A stretch of 64,000 nt of DNA from Polaromonas sp. (GTDB lineage: Bacteria; Pseudomonadota; Gammaproteobacteria; Burkholderiales; Burkholderiaceae_C): assembly GCA_013823635.1 (NCBI GenBank), contig PNML01000005.1, forward strand, positions 1,742-65,741, written 5' to 3'. Position numbers and translations under genes: made by a program. Shown in pieces: positions 22,124 through 33,973 of the stretch. Position 1 is the first letter of the stretch, and the number at the start of each line of letters is the position of its first letter. The notes beneath the pieces were generated by a model. That model was not told the origin of the DNA. It did not search any database and was given only the letters and a program-made list of their open reading frames with translations.

Positions 22124-22129
22124 TCAACA

Positions 22130-22180
22130 ATGTGAACCAAATAGCCACCAAGCGCTTGATGGATATGGCTTTGCAGCTAT
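22130..22180 (-). repeat. AT-rich 51-nt dispersed repeat, copy C1 (left arm of head-to-head pair)
   Basis: Reverse complement reads ATAGCTGCA aagccatatccatc AAGCGCTT ggtggct ATTTGGTTCACAT. Confidence 0.7.
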
Positions 22181-22192
22181 AAAATTAATTGT

Positions 22193-22243
22193 ATAGCTGA
22201 CCATTCAATGACCACAAGCGTCAGAGGCTGATTTTTCGTATTT
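22193..22243 (+). repeat. AT-rich 51-nt dispersed repeat, copy C2 (right arm of head-to-head pair)
   Basis: ATAGCTGAC cattcaatgaccac AAGCGTCA gaggctg ATTTTTCGTATTT. Confidence 0.85.
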
Positions 22244-22255
22244 TTTGACGGGACA

Positions 22256-23353
22256 TCACACCTGCGCGGCCAGCGGCAAATTGAGCAGCAGGTTCTGAGG
22301 CTTGACGCGCACCAGCCCTTGGGCGTCGGTGGCCAGGCCCAGGTACACGGGTTTGCCCGCCACATCGGCCCGCATGTCGGCGGGGTCGGCAAAGCGCAGG
22401 GTGAACAGGCTCACCAGCTGGCGCAGGCGCTCGGGCTCCACCTCGTTGTGCTGGTACAGGTCGTTGAGCAAGGCGGTGGATGCCACGTCCAGACCCACAT
22501 GCCAGCGCCAGGCCGGGTCGTTGATGGCCTGCACCGGTTCAATCTGCACCTGCACGCCCATGAAATGCCGCACCCACAGGGCCAGCACCTGCGCCAGGGC
22601 CTTGAGGCCGGAATGCGCCAGGGTCAGGTTCAGCACCAGGCCGTGGCTCAAATCCTGGGTCAGCGCATGCGTCAGGTCCAGCAAAAACCGGTGCCGATGG
22701 CCTTCGCGCCAGAAGCGTTCGGTGTTGTCGGGGCCGAGCACCGGCATGTCGGGCCGGGGTTGGACGCTGCCGCTTTGCAGCAACAAGCGCCCCACCTGGC
22801 CCAGCCCGGCGGTTTCGTTCAGCAGGTCGAGCGTGTCGCGGTCACCGGCCAGCATGCGCCCCTCGTGCAGGGCCACCCGCTGGGTCCTGAACAGCATTTC
22901 AGCGGCCCTGACCTGAAACGCGTCACCCCTGTCGGTCAGCAACTGGCGCAGCACGGCCTGCGCCAGGGCGTCGATGAACACCGGCGGAATGCCGTTCACA
23001 CCGCCGCGCATGAGTTGCAGGTAGCAGGCCTCCAGCGTGCCAGCCGCCAGCAGCGTGTCGCGAAAGCGCAGAAACACCGCAAAGTTCTCGCGGGCATCGG
23101 CGTCGGCCACCGCGGCCAGTTCGGCAGCCGGCACCGCGCGCAAGGGTTGGGCCTGCAAGGCCTGGTGCAGCGCCACCTCGGCCCCGCACGACTCGGGCAC
23201 CAGCGCCAGTTCGGGCCGGGCCAGCAGCCAGCGCACGTAGTCCGCCGTGGGCACCAGCCAGCCGCAGGCGTCCTGCGTCAGGGTGTCAAAGCCGCAGTCG
23301 GGCCAGAAACCGGGCGGGTGGTCCATGGGGGTCACGGTGTCAGGCCCGGGCAA
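22256..23353 (-). CDS. conserved hypothetical protein downstream of guaA
   Basis: 365-aa ORF with GC-rich codon usage and no motif I recognise. It begins 6 nt after the guaA stop, on the same strand. Confidence 0.6.
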   Translation of the reverse strand: MPGPDTVTPMDHPPGFWPDCGFDTLTQDACGWLVPTADYVRWLLARPELALVPESCGAEVALHQALQAQPLRAVPAAELAAVADADARENFAVFLRFRDTLLAAGTLEACYLQLMRGGVNGIPPVFIDALAQAVLRQLLTDRGDAFQVRAAEMLFRTQRVALHEGRMLAGDRDTLDLLNETAGLGQVGRLLLQSGSVQPRPDMPVLGPDNTERFWREGHRHRFLLDLTHALTQDLSHGLVLNLTLAHSGLKALAQVLALWVRHFMGVQVQIEPVQAINDPAWRWHVGLDVASTALLNDLYQHNEVEPERLRQLVSLFTLRFADPADMRADVAGKPVYLGLATDAQGLVRVKPQNLLLNLPLAAQV

Positions 23354-23359
23354 AGGGAG

Positions 23360-24976
23360 TCACTCCCACTCGATGGTGGCTGGTGGTTTGCTGCTGACGT
23401 CGTAGGTCACGCGGTTGATGCCGCGCACCTCGTTGATGATGCGCCCGCTCACCTTTTTCAACAGGCTGTAGGGCAGCTCGGCCCAGTCGGCGGTCATGAA
23501 ATCGGAGGTTTGCACGGCACGCAGGGCCACCACGTAGTCGTAGGTGCGGCCATCGCCCATCACGCCCACGCTTTTCACCGGCAAAAACACCGTGAAGGCC
23601 TGGCTGGTCAGGTCGTACCAGCTCTTGCCGCTGTGGGGGTCGATGGTGGAGCGCAGTTCTTCGATGAAGATGGCATCGGCCCGGCGCAGCAGGTCGGCGT
23701 ATTCTTTTTTGACTTCGCCCAGGATGCGCACACCCAGGCCAGGGCCAGGGAAGGGGTGTCGGTAGACCATGTCGTGCGGCAGGCCCAGGGCCACGCCCAA
23801 CTCGCGCACCTCGTCCTTGAACAGGTCGCGCAGCGGCTCCAGCAGCTTCAGGCCCAGCTGCTCGGGCAAGCCACCCACGTTGTGGTGGCTTTTGATGGTG
23901 ACGGCCTTCTTGCTCTTGGCGCCACCGGACTCGATCACGTCGGGGTAGATGGTGCCCTGGGCCAGGAAGGTGGCGCCCTTGCGCGACTCATCCCCCGCCT
24001 TGAGCGACAGCGCCTGCGCCTTGAACACCTCCACAAATTCGCGGCCAATGATCTTGCGCTTGGCTTCGGGGTCGGCCACGCCGGTCAAATGACCCAGGAA
24101 CTGCTCGCTGGCGTCCACGCGGATGACCTTGGCGTGCAGCTTGCCCACGAACATGTCCATGACCATGTCGCCCTCGTTCAGGCGCAGCAGGCCGTGGTCC
24201 ACGAACACACAGGTGAGCTGGTCGCCAATGGCGCGGTGGATCAGCGCGGCGGCCACCGACGAATCGACGCCACCGGACAGGCCCAGGATGACCTCTTCGT
24301 CGCCCACCTGCTCGCGGATGGCTTGCACGGCCTCTTCGATGTGGTCGCGCATCACCCAGTCGGGCTTGGTGCCGCAAATGTCCAGCACAAAGCGCTCCAG
24401 CATGGCCTTGCCCTGCACGGTGTGGGTCACTTCGGGGTGGAACTGCACCGCGTAGAAATGGCGCGCTTCGTCGGCCATGCCCGCGATGGGGCAGCTGGGG
24501 GTGCTGGCCATGAGCTTGAAGCCCGGCGGCAGCTCGGTGACCTTGTCGCCGTGGCTCATCCACACCTTGAGCATGCCGTGGCCCTCGGGTGTGGTGAAGT
24601 CGTTGATGCCCTTGAGCAGCGCCGTGTGGCCACGGGCACGCACCTCGGCATAGCCGAATTCGCGGTTGTGACCGGCTTCCACCTTGCCGCCCAGCTGCTG
24701 GGCCATGGTCTGCATGCCGTAGCAAATGCCCAGCACGGGCACGCCCAGCTCAAACACGGCGTCGGGGGCCTTGTCGTCCACCTCGTACACGCTGGCGTGG
24801 CTGCCCGACAGGATCACGCCCTTGAGTTGGCCATCGGCGGCGTACTCGCGCACCCAGTCACTGGTTACGTCACAGGGGTGCACCTCGCAGTACACATGGG
24901 CTTCGCGCACGCGGCGGGCGATGAGCTGGGTGACCTGGGAGCCGAAATCGAGGATGAGGATTTTCTGGTGTTGCAT
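23360..24976 (-). CDS. guaA: GMP synthase (glutamine-hydrolysing)
   Basis: GATase motif GICYGMQ and ATP-PPase P-loop SGGVDSS are present, with the C-terminus ending PATIEWE. The start is ATG 24976 ([14 protein letters not shown]). Confidence 0.95.
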   Translation of the reverse strand: MQHQKILILDFGSQVTQLIARRVREAHVYCEVHPCDVTSDWVREYAADGQLKGVILSGSHASVYEVDDKAPDAVFELGVPVLGICYGMQTMAQQLGGKVEAGHNREFGYAEVRARGHTALLKGINDFTTPEGHGMLKVWMSHGDKVTELPPGFKLMASTPSCPIAGMADEARHFYAVQFHPEVTHTVQGKAMLERFVLDICGTKPDWVMRDHIEEAVQAIREQVGDEEVILGLSGGVDSSVAAALIHRAIGDQLTCVFVDHGLLRLNEGDMVMDMFVGKLHAKVIRVDASEQFLGHLTGVADPEAKRKIIGREFVEVFKAQALSLKAGDESRKGATFLAQGTIYPDVIESGGAKSKKAVTIKSHHNVGGLPEQLGLKLLEPLRDLFKDEVRELGVALGLPHDMVYRHPFPGPGLGVRILGEVKKEYADLLRRADAIFIEELRSTIDPHSGKSWYDLTSQAFTVFLPVKSVGVMGDGRTYDYVVALRAVQTSDFMTADWAELPYSLLKKVSGRIINEVRGINRVTYDVSSKPPATIEWE

Positions 24977-25072
24977 GGCGGAAACCGGCGTGGGGTGAGT
25001 GGGGGCCTGAAAAGACAACAGGCCGCCGCTTGTTGCAAGGGGCTGGCCTGGGGTCGTTGGAGGCGGAAAAAA

Positions 25073-27158
<2,086 letters not shown>

Positions 27159-27161
27159 CGG

Positions 27162-27494
27162 TCAATAGCCCGGCTTGGCCCCTGCGCGTCGGCGCGCAAA
27201 CAGCCCAGCGGTTTTTTTGCCACCTTGTTGGTTGAACCGTTCGCGCCTGGCCCGTTTGGGGTCCACCCGCAGGGCGCGGTACACCTCCACCCTGTCGCGG
27301 TCCTTGAGCACGGTGCGCAAGGTGGCCGGGTGGTTCCAGACACCAAAACCGATGTCGGGTGTGGTGTCCAGTGCAAACCGCTCGCGCCAACCGGCGGCCA
27401 GCAGCGCGTCCACCACGGTGCTGCCCTCGGGTAAGCTCACCTCCGCTTGCACCACTTCCCGTGGACTGGGGGCGTACGCCAGGGAAATCTGCAT
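27162..27494 (-). CDS. rnfH: RnfH-family ubiquitin-fold protein (UPF0125)
   Basis: 110 aa. It starts 1 nt inside the ratA stop (TGATG) and belongs to the conserved ratA-rnfH/smpB neighbourhood. Confidence 0.8.
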   Translation of the reverse strand: MQISLAYAPSPREVVQAEVSLPEGSTVVDALLAAGWRERFALDTTPDIGFGVWNHPATLRTVLKDRDRVEVYRALRVDPKRARRERFNQQGGKKTAGLFARRRAGAKPGY

Positions 27495-27946
27495 CAGGGC
27501 CCCCCGGTGCCGTGCACCTGGTCCGCGCGCTTGACAAAGGCATCCACCAGGCTGGCGGCGATTTTGTCGAACACCGGCCCCACCAGGGTGGCCAACGCCT
27601 TGCTGGAAAAACCGTAGTTCAAGCGAAATTCCACCTTGCAGGCCCGCTGCTGGCCGTCACCCAGGGGGGTGAATTCCCAGGTGCCGTCGAGCTGGGAAAA
27701 CGGGCCGTCGACCAAACGCATGGTGACTTTGCGGTCGGCTTCGTGGGTGTTGCGGGTGGTGAAGCTCTGCTTGAGTCCGCTCAGGGCCATGCCCACGCGG
27801 GCGGTCATTTCGGTGTCGGTCTGGCTGAGTACCGTGGCTTGGTCACACCAGGGCAGAAACTGGGGGTAGTTGGCCACGTCGGTGACCAGCGCAAACATTT
27901 CGTGGGCGCTGTGCCAGAGCAGGACAGATTTGTGAATGCTTTTCAT
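27494..27946 (-). CDS. ratA: RatA/CoQ10-like SRPBCC (START-fold) protein
   Basis: MKSIHKSVLLWHSAHEMFALVTDVANYPQFLPWC. It is divergent from smpB. Confidence 0.8.
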   Translation of the reverse strand: MKSIHKSVLLWHSAHEMFALVTDVANYPQFLPWCDQATVLSQTDTEMTARVGMALSGLKQSFTTRNTHEADRKVTMRLVDGPFSQLDGTWEFTPLGDGQQRACKVEFRLNYGFSSKALATLVGPVFDKIAASLVDAFVKRADQVHGTGGP

Positions 27947-27997
27947 ACAATCCAAGAGCGCCGCGATTGTAGTCGCGGGGCACATTGGCCATTTTGA

Positions 27998-28540
27998 ATG
28001 ACATCCAGCATACCCACCACCCCCGCAGGCAACCACGCCTCCCGTTTTGATCGAAAAGCCGCTGCCAAGGCCGCCAGCAACACGCCCCCCGTGCGCATTG
28101 CCGACAACAAAAAGGCCCTGTTCAACTACCACATCGAGGACCGCTACGAAGCGGGCATGGTGCTGCAGGGCTGGGAGGTCAAAGCCATTCGCTTGGGCAA
28201 GGTGCAGCTGACCGATGGCTATGTGGTCATCCGCGAGGGTGAGCTGTTTCTCATCGGCTGTCAGATCAACCCCATACGCACCACGTCCACCCACGTCACG
28301 GCGGAAGCGGCACGCACCAAAAAGCTGCTGCTCAACCGCGATGAAATCCGGCGGCTGATTGGCAAGGTCGAGCAAAAGGGTTTTACGCTGGTGCCACTGA
28401 ACCTGCACTGGAAGAACGGGCGCGTGAAGTGCGAAATTGCGCTGGCCAAGGGCAAGGCCGAGCACGACAAGCGCGACACCGTGAAGGAACGCGAAGGCAA
28501 ACGCGAGGTGGAGCGCACGCTGAAAATCCACCGGCGCTGA
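27998..28540 (+). CDS. smpB: SsrA-binding protein SmpB
   Basis: [32 protein letters not shown]...[18 protein letters not shown]. Confidence 0.9.
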   Translation: MTSSIPTTPAGNHASRFDRKAAAKAASNTPPVRIADNKKALFNYHIEDRYEAGMVLQGWEVKAIRLGKVQLTDGYVVIREGELFLIGCQINPIRTTSTHVTAEAARTKKLLLNRDEIRRLIGKVEQKGFTLVPLNLHWKNGRVKCEIALAKGKAEHDKRDTVKEREGKREVERTLKIHRR

Positions 28541-28589
28541 TCGGCCTGTTCCGGCGCGGTGCCCGGCTGGGCGCCCGCAGCGGGGCGTG

Positions 28590-29678
28590 TCAGCTCAGGT
28601 CGGCCAAGGGGTGGGCGTGTGCCGGCCAGGGGCTCTGGAAAAACGGGGCCACCATGTCGGGGGTGACGTCCTCGGCGCGGGCGGGGTGCCAGCGGGGGGC
28701 ATGGTCCTTGTCCACCGCCAGGGCACGGATGCCCTCCACCGTTTCGCTGCTGGCGCCGCTGCGCCCCAAGTGAACGGCGTGGAAGCAGTGGCGCACCATG
28801 TCGCGCTCCATGCGCAAATCGTCTGCCAGGCCCATTTTTCGCGCTCGCCTCACCTGTTCCAGCACCACATGCAACATCAGCGGTGAACGCTGGCGCAACA
28901 CCGCCGCGGTTTCCGTGGCAAACGTGGAGGTGCCGCGCTCCAGTGCCGCGAGTATCTCAGGCACTGTGCCCAGAGAAAAATACTCATCAATTTGCGACCT
29001 GGCGCTTTTGTATATTGGTGTGGGTGCTATCAACTTGGTGGACACCAGGTGTTCCACGGCATTGGCCGACTGGAACGGCGTTGCCCCCAATTCTGCCCAC
29101 AGCACGTTCAAGCGCCCGGAGTCGATGCAACCATCGGCCAGGCCCCAGGCGACGGCATCACCGGCCTCCAGGCTCTGGCCGGTCAGGGCCAGCCACTCAC
29201 CGACCCGACCCGGGCAGCGGCTGAGGAAAAAGCCCCCACCCACATCAGGAAACAGGCCGATGCCGGTTTCCGGCATGGCCATGCGGGTGCGCTGGGTGAC
29301 CACACGCAGGCTGCCTCCCTGGCTGATGCCCATGCCGCCGCCCATGACCACACCGTCCATGAACGCGATGTAAGGCTTGGGGTAGGTGTGGATGAGGTGG
29401 TTGAGCCGGTACTCTTCGGTGAAAAAGTCCTCCAGCCGGGGGTCGCCCGCGAGAGCAGCCTGGTGGAAAAACCGGATGTCGCCTCCCGCGCAAAAGTGGC
29501 CAAACGGTGCCTCCTTGCCCGTGCCGCGGATGGCGACGGCCAGCACCTCGGGGTCATCGCGCCAGCGCAGCAGCGTGGCGGTGAGGTCGCGCACCATGTC
29601 CAAGGTGAGCGCGTTGAGTGCGCGTGGTCGGTTGAGGCTGATGAAACCCACACTGCCCTGCTGCTGGACCATCACCAT
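28590..29678 (-). CDS. enoyl-CoA hydratase/isomerase family, 3-hydroxyisobutyryl-CoA-hydrolase type
   Basis: Motifs FISLNRPRALNAL, FCAGGDIR and MDGVVMGGGMGIS are present. The ORF is open to 29819, but third-position GC is lower upstream, so I preferred ATG 29678. The start is uncertain. Confidence 0.7.
   Translation of the reverse strand: MVMVQQQGSVGFISLNRPRALNALTLDMVRDLTATLLRWRDDPEVLAVAIRGTGKEAPFGHFCAGGDIRFFHQAALAGDPRLEDFFTEEYRLNHLIHTYPKPYIAFMDGVVMGGGMGISQGGSLRVVTQRTRMAMPETGIGLFPDVGGGFFLSRCPGRVGEWLALTGQSLEAGDAVAWGLADGCIDSGRLNVLWAELGATPFQSANAVEHLVSTKLIAPTPIYKSARSQIDEYFSLGTVPEILAALERGTSTFATETAAVLRQRSPLMLHVVLEQVRRARKMGLADDLRMERDMVRHCFHAVHLGRSGASSETVEGIRALAVDKDHAPRWHPARAEDVTPDMVAPFFQSPWPAHAHPLADLS
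28980..29030 (-). repeat. AT-rich 51-nt dispersed repeat, diverged copy inside the HIBCH-type hydrolase CDS
   Basis: Reverse complement reads ATAGCACCC acaccaatatacaa AAGCGCCA ggtcgca AATTGATGAGTAT. It matches copy B at 29/51 positions, including 10/14 in the N14 block. Confidence 0.5.
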
Positions 29679-29822
29679 GGGGGCTGTGTCCGCTGACGGG
29701 CTGGTGGGTTCAGCCGCACCTGTGGTGAGTGGGTCCGAACGCGTGGGGGAGGAAGAGGACTGGGGCAACATGGTGGGAATGCGTTGAACCTTGTTGTGGT
29801 CGAAAAGAGGGTCAGCCAACCA

Positions 29823-30737
29823 TCATGCCACGGGCAGCGCAGGCTGTGCGGATTTGGCATGACTTCGTTCACGCCACGCCAGCCATTCGTTGCCCGCCAG
29901 CGCGCCCACCACCAGCAGGCCACCCCAGATGACATGGGGACTGGGCACTTCGTTGGCGCCCCACCAGGCCAGCAGGGTGCCAAACAACACCTCCAGCAAA
30001 CCCAGCAGCGACACCTCGGGCGCGCTGAGCACCCTTGCACAGACCACGGACAGGGCACAGGGAATGGCCAGCTGCCCCACCCCCAGACCCGCCAACAGCC
30101 ACAGGTCGTGGCCACTGGCGGCCAGTGGCCAGGCCAGCGGCAAGGTCACCAACGCCGACAGCAGTGCGCCCACCCACACGGCGGGCACCAAGTCGATGTG
30201 GCGCCCAGTGCGGGTGTTGCGCTGCACCAGCGTCCAGTTGACGGCGGCCGCCACGGGCACGCACATGGCCACCACGGTGCCAGCCACCTGTCCAGCCACG
30301 AGCTTGCTGCCAAAAATCCAGGCGATGCCCAACCCCGCCAGCGCGATGGCCACCCAGGTGCGACGAGGCAGGCGATGGCCGATGGTGAAACGGGACACCA
30401 GTGCCGTCAACAACGGGGCCACGGCCATGGTGACCAGCACATTGGCCACCGAGGTCAGGGTCAGCGCCACCATGAAGGCGGTGAACATGACGGACCAGCA
30501 CAAGCCGGACGCCCACAACACGGGGCCGGATTTCGCCACCTGAGCCCAGACACCGCGACCCTGCCACAGGGGCAGCAGCACCAGCAAGGCCACGAACGTG
30601 AAAAAAGCCCGCCAGAACGTGATTTCAAACGCCTGTGCGGACTCCAGATGCCGGGTCACCACCCCCGCGGTCGACCACAGGAACGTGGCCAACACCATGA
30701 GCAGAACGGCGCGTCCGTGGCTCAGCGTCTTGCCCAT
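29823..30737 (-). CDS. EamA/DMT-family transporter
   Basis: Ten predicted TM segments. The start is ATG 30737 (MGKTLSHGRAVLLMVLATFLWSTAG), 25 nt after the typA stop. Confidence 0.75.
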   Translation of the reverse strand: MGKTLSHGRAVLLMVLATFLWSTAGVVTRHLESAQAFEITFWRAFFTFVALLVLLPLWQGRGVWAQVAKSGPVLWASGLCWSVMFTAFMVALTLTSVANVLVTMAVAPLLTALVSRFTIGHRLPRRTWVAIALAGLGIAWIFGSKLVAGQVAGTVVAMCVPVAAAVNWTLVQRNTRTGRHIDLVPAVWVGALLSALVTLPLAWPLAASGHDLWLLAGLGVGQLAIPCALSVVCARVLSAPEVSLLGLLEVLFGTLLAWWGANEVPSPHVIWGGLLVVGALAGNEWLAWRERSHAKSAQPALPVA

Positions 30738-30762
30738 GTTGTCTGGATGTACCTGAAACCCA

Positions 30763-32589
<1,827 letters not shown>

Positions 32590-32601
32590 GGCGCTTCCTG
32601 G

Positions 32602-33591
32602 TCAATGTTTCAAGTCTTCAAAAATGGGGGCACTGGCGCGGTTGGCCTGTGCCTGTATCTGCTGGATTTCCAAGGGGTTGAGCAGGCGGTTGGGCACCAG
32701 CTCCCCGCCCGCAATGTGTGCCGTCCCCAGCAAGCTGTTGGGCGTGGGCCCAAACACCGCCACCTCGGCGGTGTCTGGCAAGGTGGTGCGGCGGCGCAAT
32801 CCGCTCAGGAAGCGGCCTGCATCTTCGTCGCACAAGGTGACAGGGTGGTGATGGGACAACAGCGCGGTGACCGGCATCAGGGCCGCCACGCGCAGGTCTT
32901 CGTCCATTGCTTCCAGGTCGGCCAGGCTGACGCAGTCGTGGGCCAGGTAGTCGCCCGTCTGGGTGCGCCGCAACGCCCGCAGGTGGCCCACGGTGCCCAA
33001 TGCCTTGGCCACGTCTTCACCCAGGGTGCGGATGTAGGTGCCTTTGCTGCAATATGCCTCAATTTCAATAGCTACAAAGTCTTTCACATCAAGCGATAGA
33101 CTCAATTTTAATTCATAAATTTCGATGTGGCGGGGTTCGCGGACAACCTCCACCCCTGCCCTGGCGTACTCGTACAAGGCCTTGCCGTCTTTTTTGAGGG
33201 CCGAGTACATGGGGGGCACCTGGGTCTGGGGACCGGTCATGGCCGCCGCCACACGGGCCAACAGGGCGGGTGTCACTTCGGGCACGGCGCAGGTCTGCAC
33301 CACATCGCCTTCCGCATCGCCGGTGGCGGTCGCTTGGCCGAGGCACAGCAGGGCCCGGTAACGCTTGCGGGCGTCCAGGTGTTGCTGGCTGAACTTGGTG
33401 GCTGCGCCAAAGCACAGCGGCAACACGCCGGTGGCCAGCGGGTCCAGCGTACCGGTGTGCCCGGCTTTGTCGGCGCGCAGCAACCACTTGGCCTTTTGCA
33501 AGGCCTGGTTGCTGGAAAGACCCAGCGGTTTGTCGAGCAACAACACCCCATGCACAGGGCGCCGCTGCACCCTGGTGCGTGGCGCGTTCAT
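32602..33591 (-). CDS. truB: tRNA pseudouridine(55) synthase
   Basis: [12 protein letters not shown] (catalytic Asp) and [10 protein letters not shown] motifs. It lies downstream of rbfA. Confidence 0.9.
   Translation of the reverse strand: MNAPRTRVQRRPVHGVLLLDKPLGLSSNQALQKAKWLLRADKAGHTGTLDPLATGVLPLCFGAATKFSQQHLDARKRYRALLCLGQATATGDAEGDVVQTCAVPEVTPALLARVAAAMTGPQTQVPPMYSALKKDGKALYEYARAGVEVVREPRHIEIYELKLSLSLDVKDFVAIEIEAYCSKGTYIRTLGEDVAKALGTVGHLRALRRTQTGDYLAHDCVSLADLEAMDEDLRVAALMPVTALLSHHHPVTLCDEDAGRFLSGLRRRTTLPDTAEVAVFGPTPNSLLGTAHIAGGELVPNRLLNPLEIQQIQAQANRASAPIFEDLKH
33068..33118 (+). repeat. AT-rich 51-nt dispersed repeat, diverged copy inside the truB CDS (antisense)
   Basis: ATAGCTACA aagtctttcacatc AAGCGATA gactcaa TTTTAATTCATAA. 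It matches copy E at 31/51 positions and the acylase copy at 22/25 over the 8-mer-to-tail part. Confidence 0.6.
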
Positions 33592-33593
33592 GC

Positions 33594-33965
33594 TCAGTCG
33601 TCCTTGGCGCGGGAGGACACGGCTTTGGCGATCAGCGCATTCATGTCGGCCGCGCGCTCAGTGGTGCGGTCGAAATGGAAGTGCAGTGTCGGCACGGTGT
33701 GGATGTGCAGGCGCTTGAACAGGCCGCTGCGCAAAAATCCAGCGGCCTGGTTGAGCGCTGCCTCGGTGGATTGCGGGTCGCCCACCAACAGGCTGAAATA
33801 CACCTGCGCATGGGCGTAGTCCGGCGTGACCTCCACCGACTGGATGGTCACCATGCCCACACGCGGGTCCTTGAGCTCGCGGGCGATCAGTTCAGTCAGG
33901 TCGCGCTGAATCTGATCGGCCACGCGGTAGCCGCGATGGGGGGTGGAGGACTTCTTGGCTGCCAT
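33594..33965 (-). CDS. rbfA: ribosome-binding factor A
   Basis: 123 aa ([14 protein letters not shown]...DPRVGMVTI). It lies between infB and truB. Confidence 0.9.
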   Translation of the reverse strand: MAAKKSSTPHRGYRVADQIQRDLTELIARELKDPRVGMVTIQSVEVTPDYAHAQVYFSLLVGDPQSTEAALNQAAGFLRSGLFKRLHIHTVPTLHFHFDRTTERAADMNALIAKAVSSRAKDD

Positions 33966-33973
33966 AAAACCGA

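Noticed and set aside
27947-28589. tmRNA (ssrA) next to smpB
   Set aside because: The spacers on both sides of smpB (27947-27997 and 28541-28589) are too short. They contain no tRNA-like acceptor or T-arm sequence.
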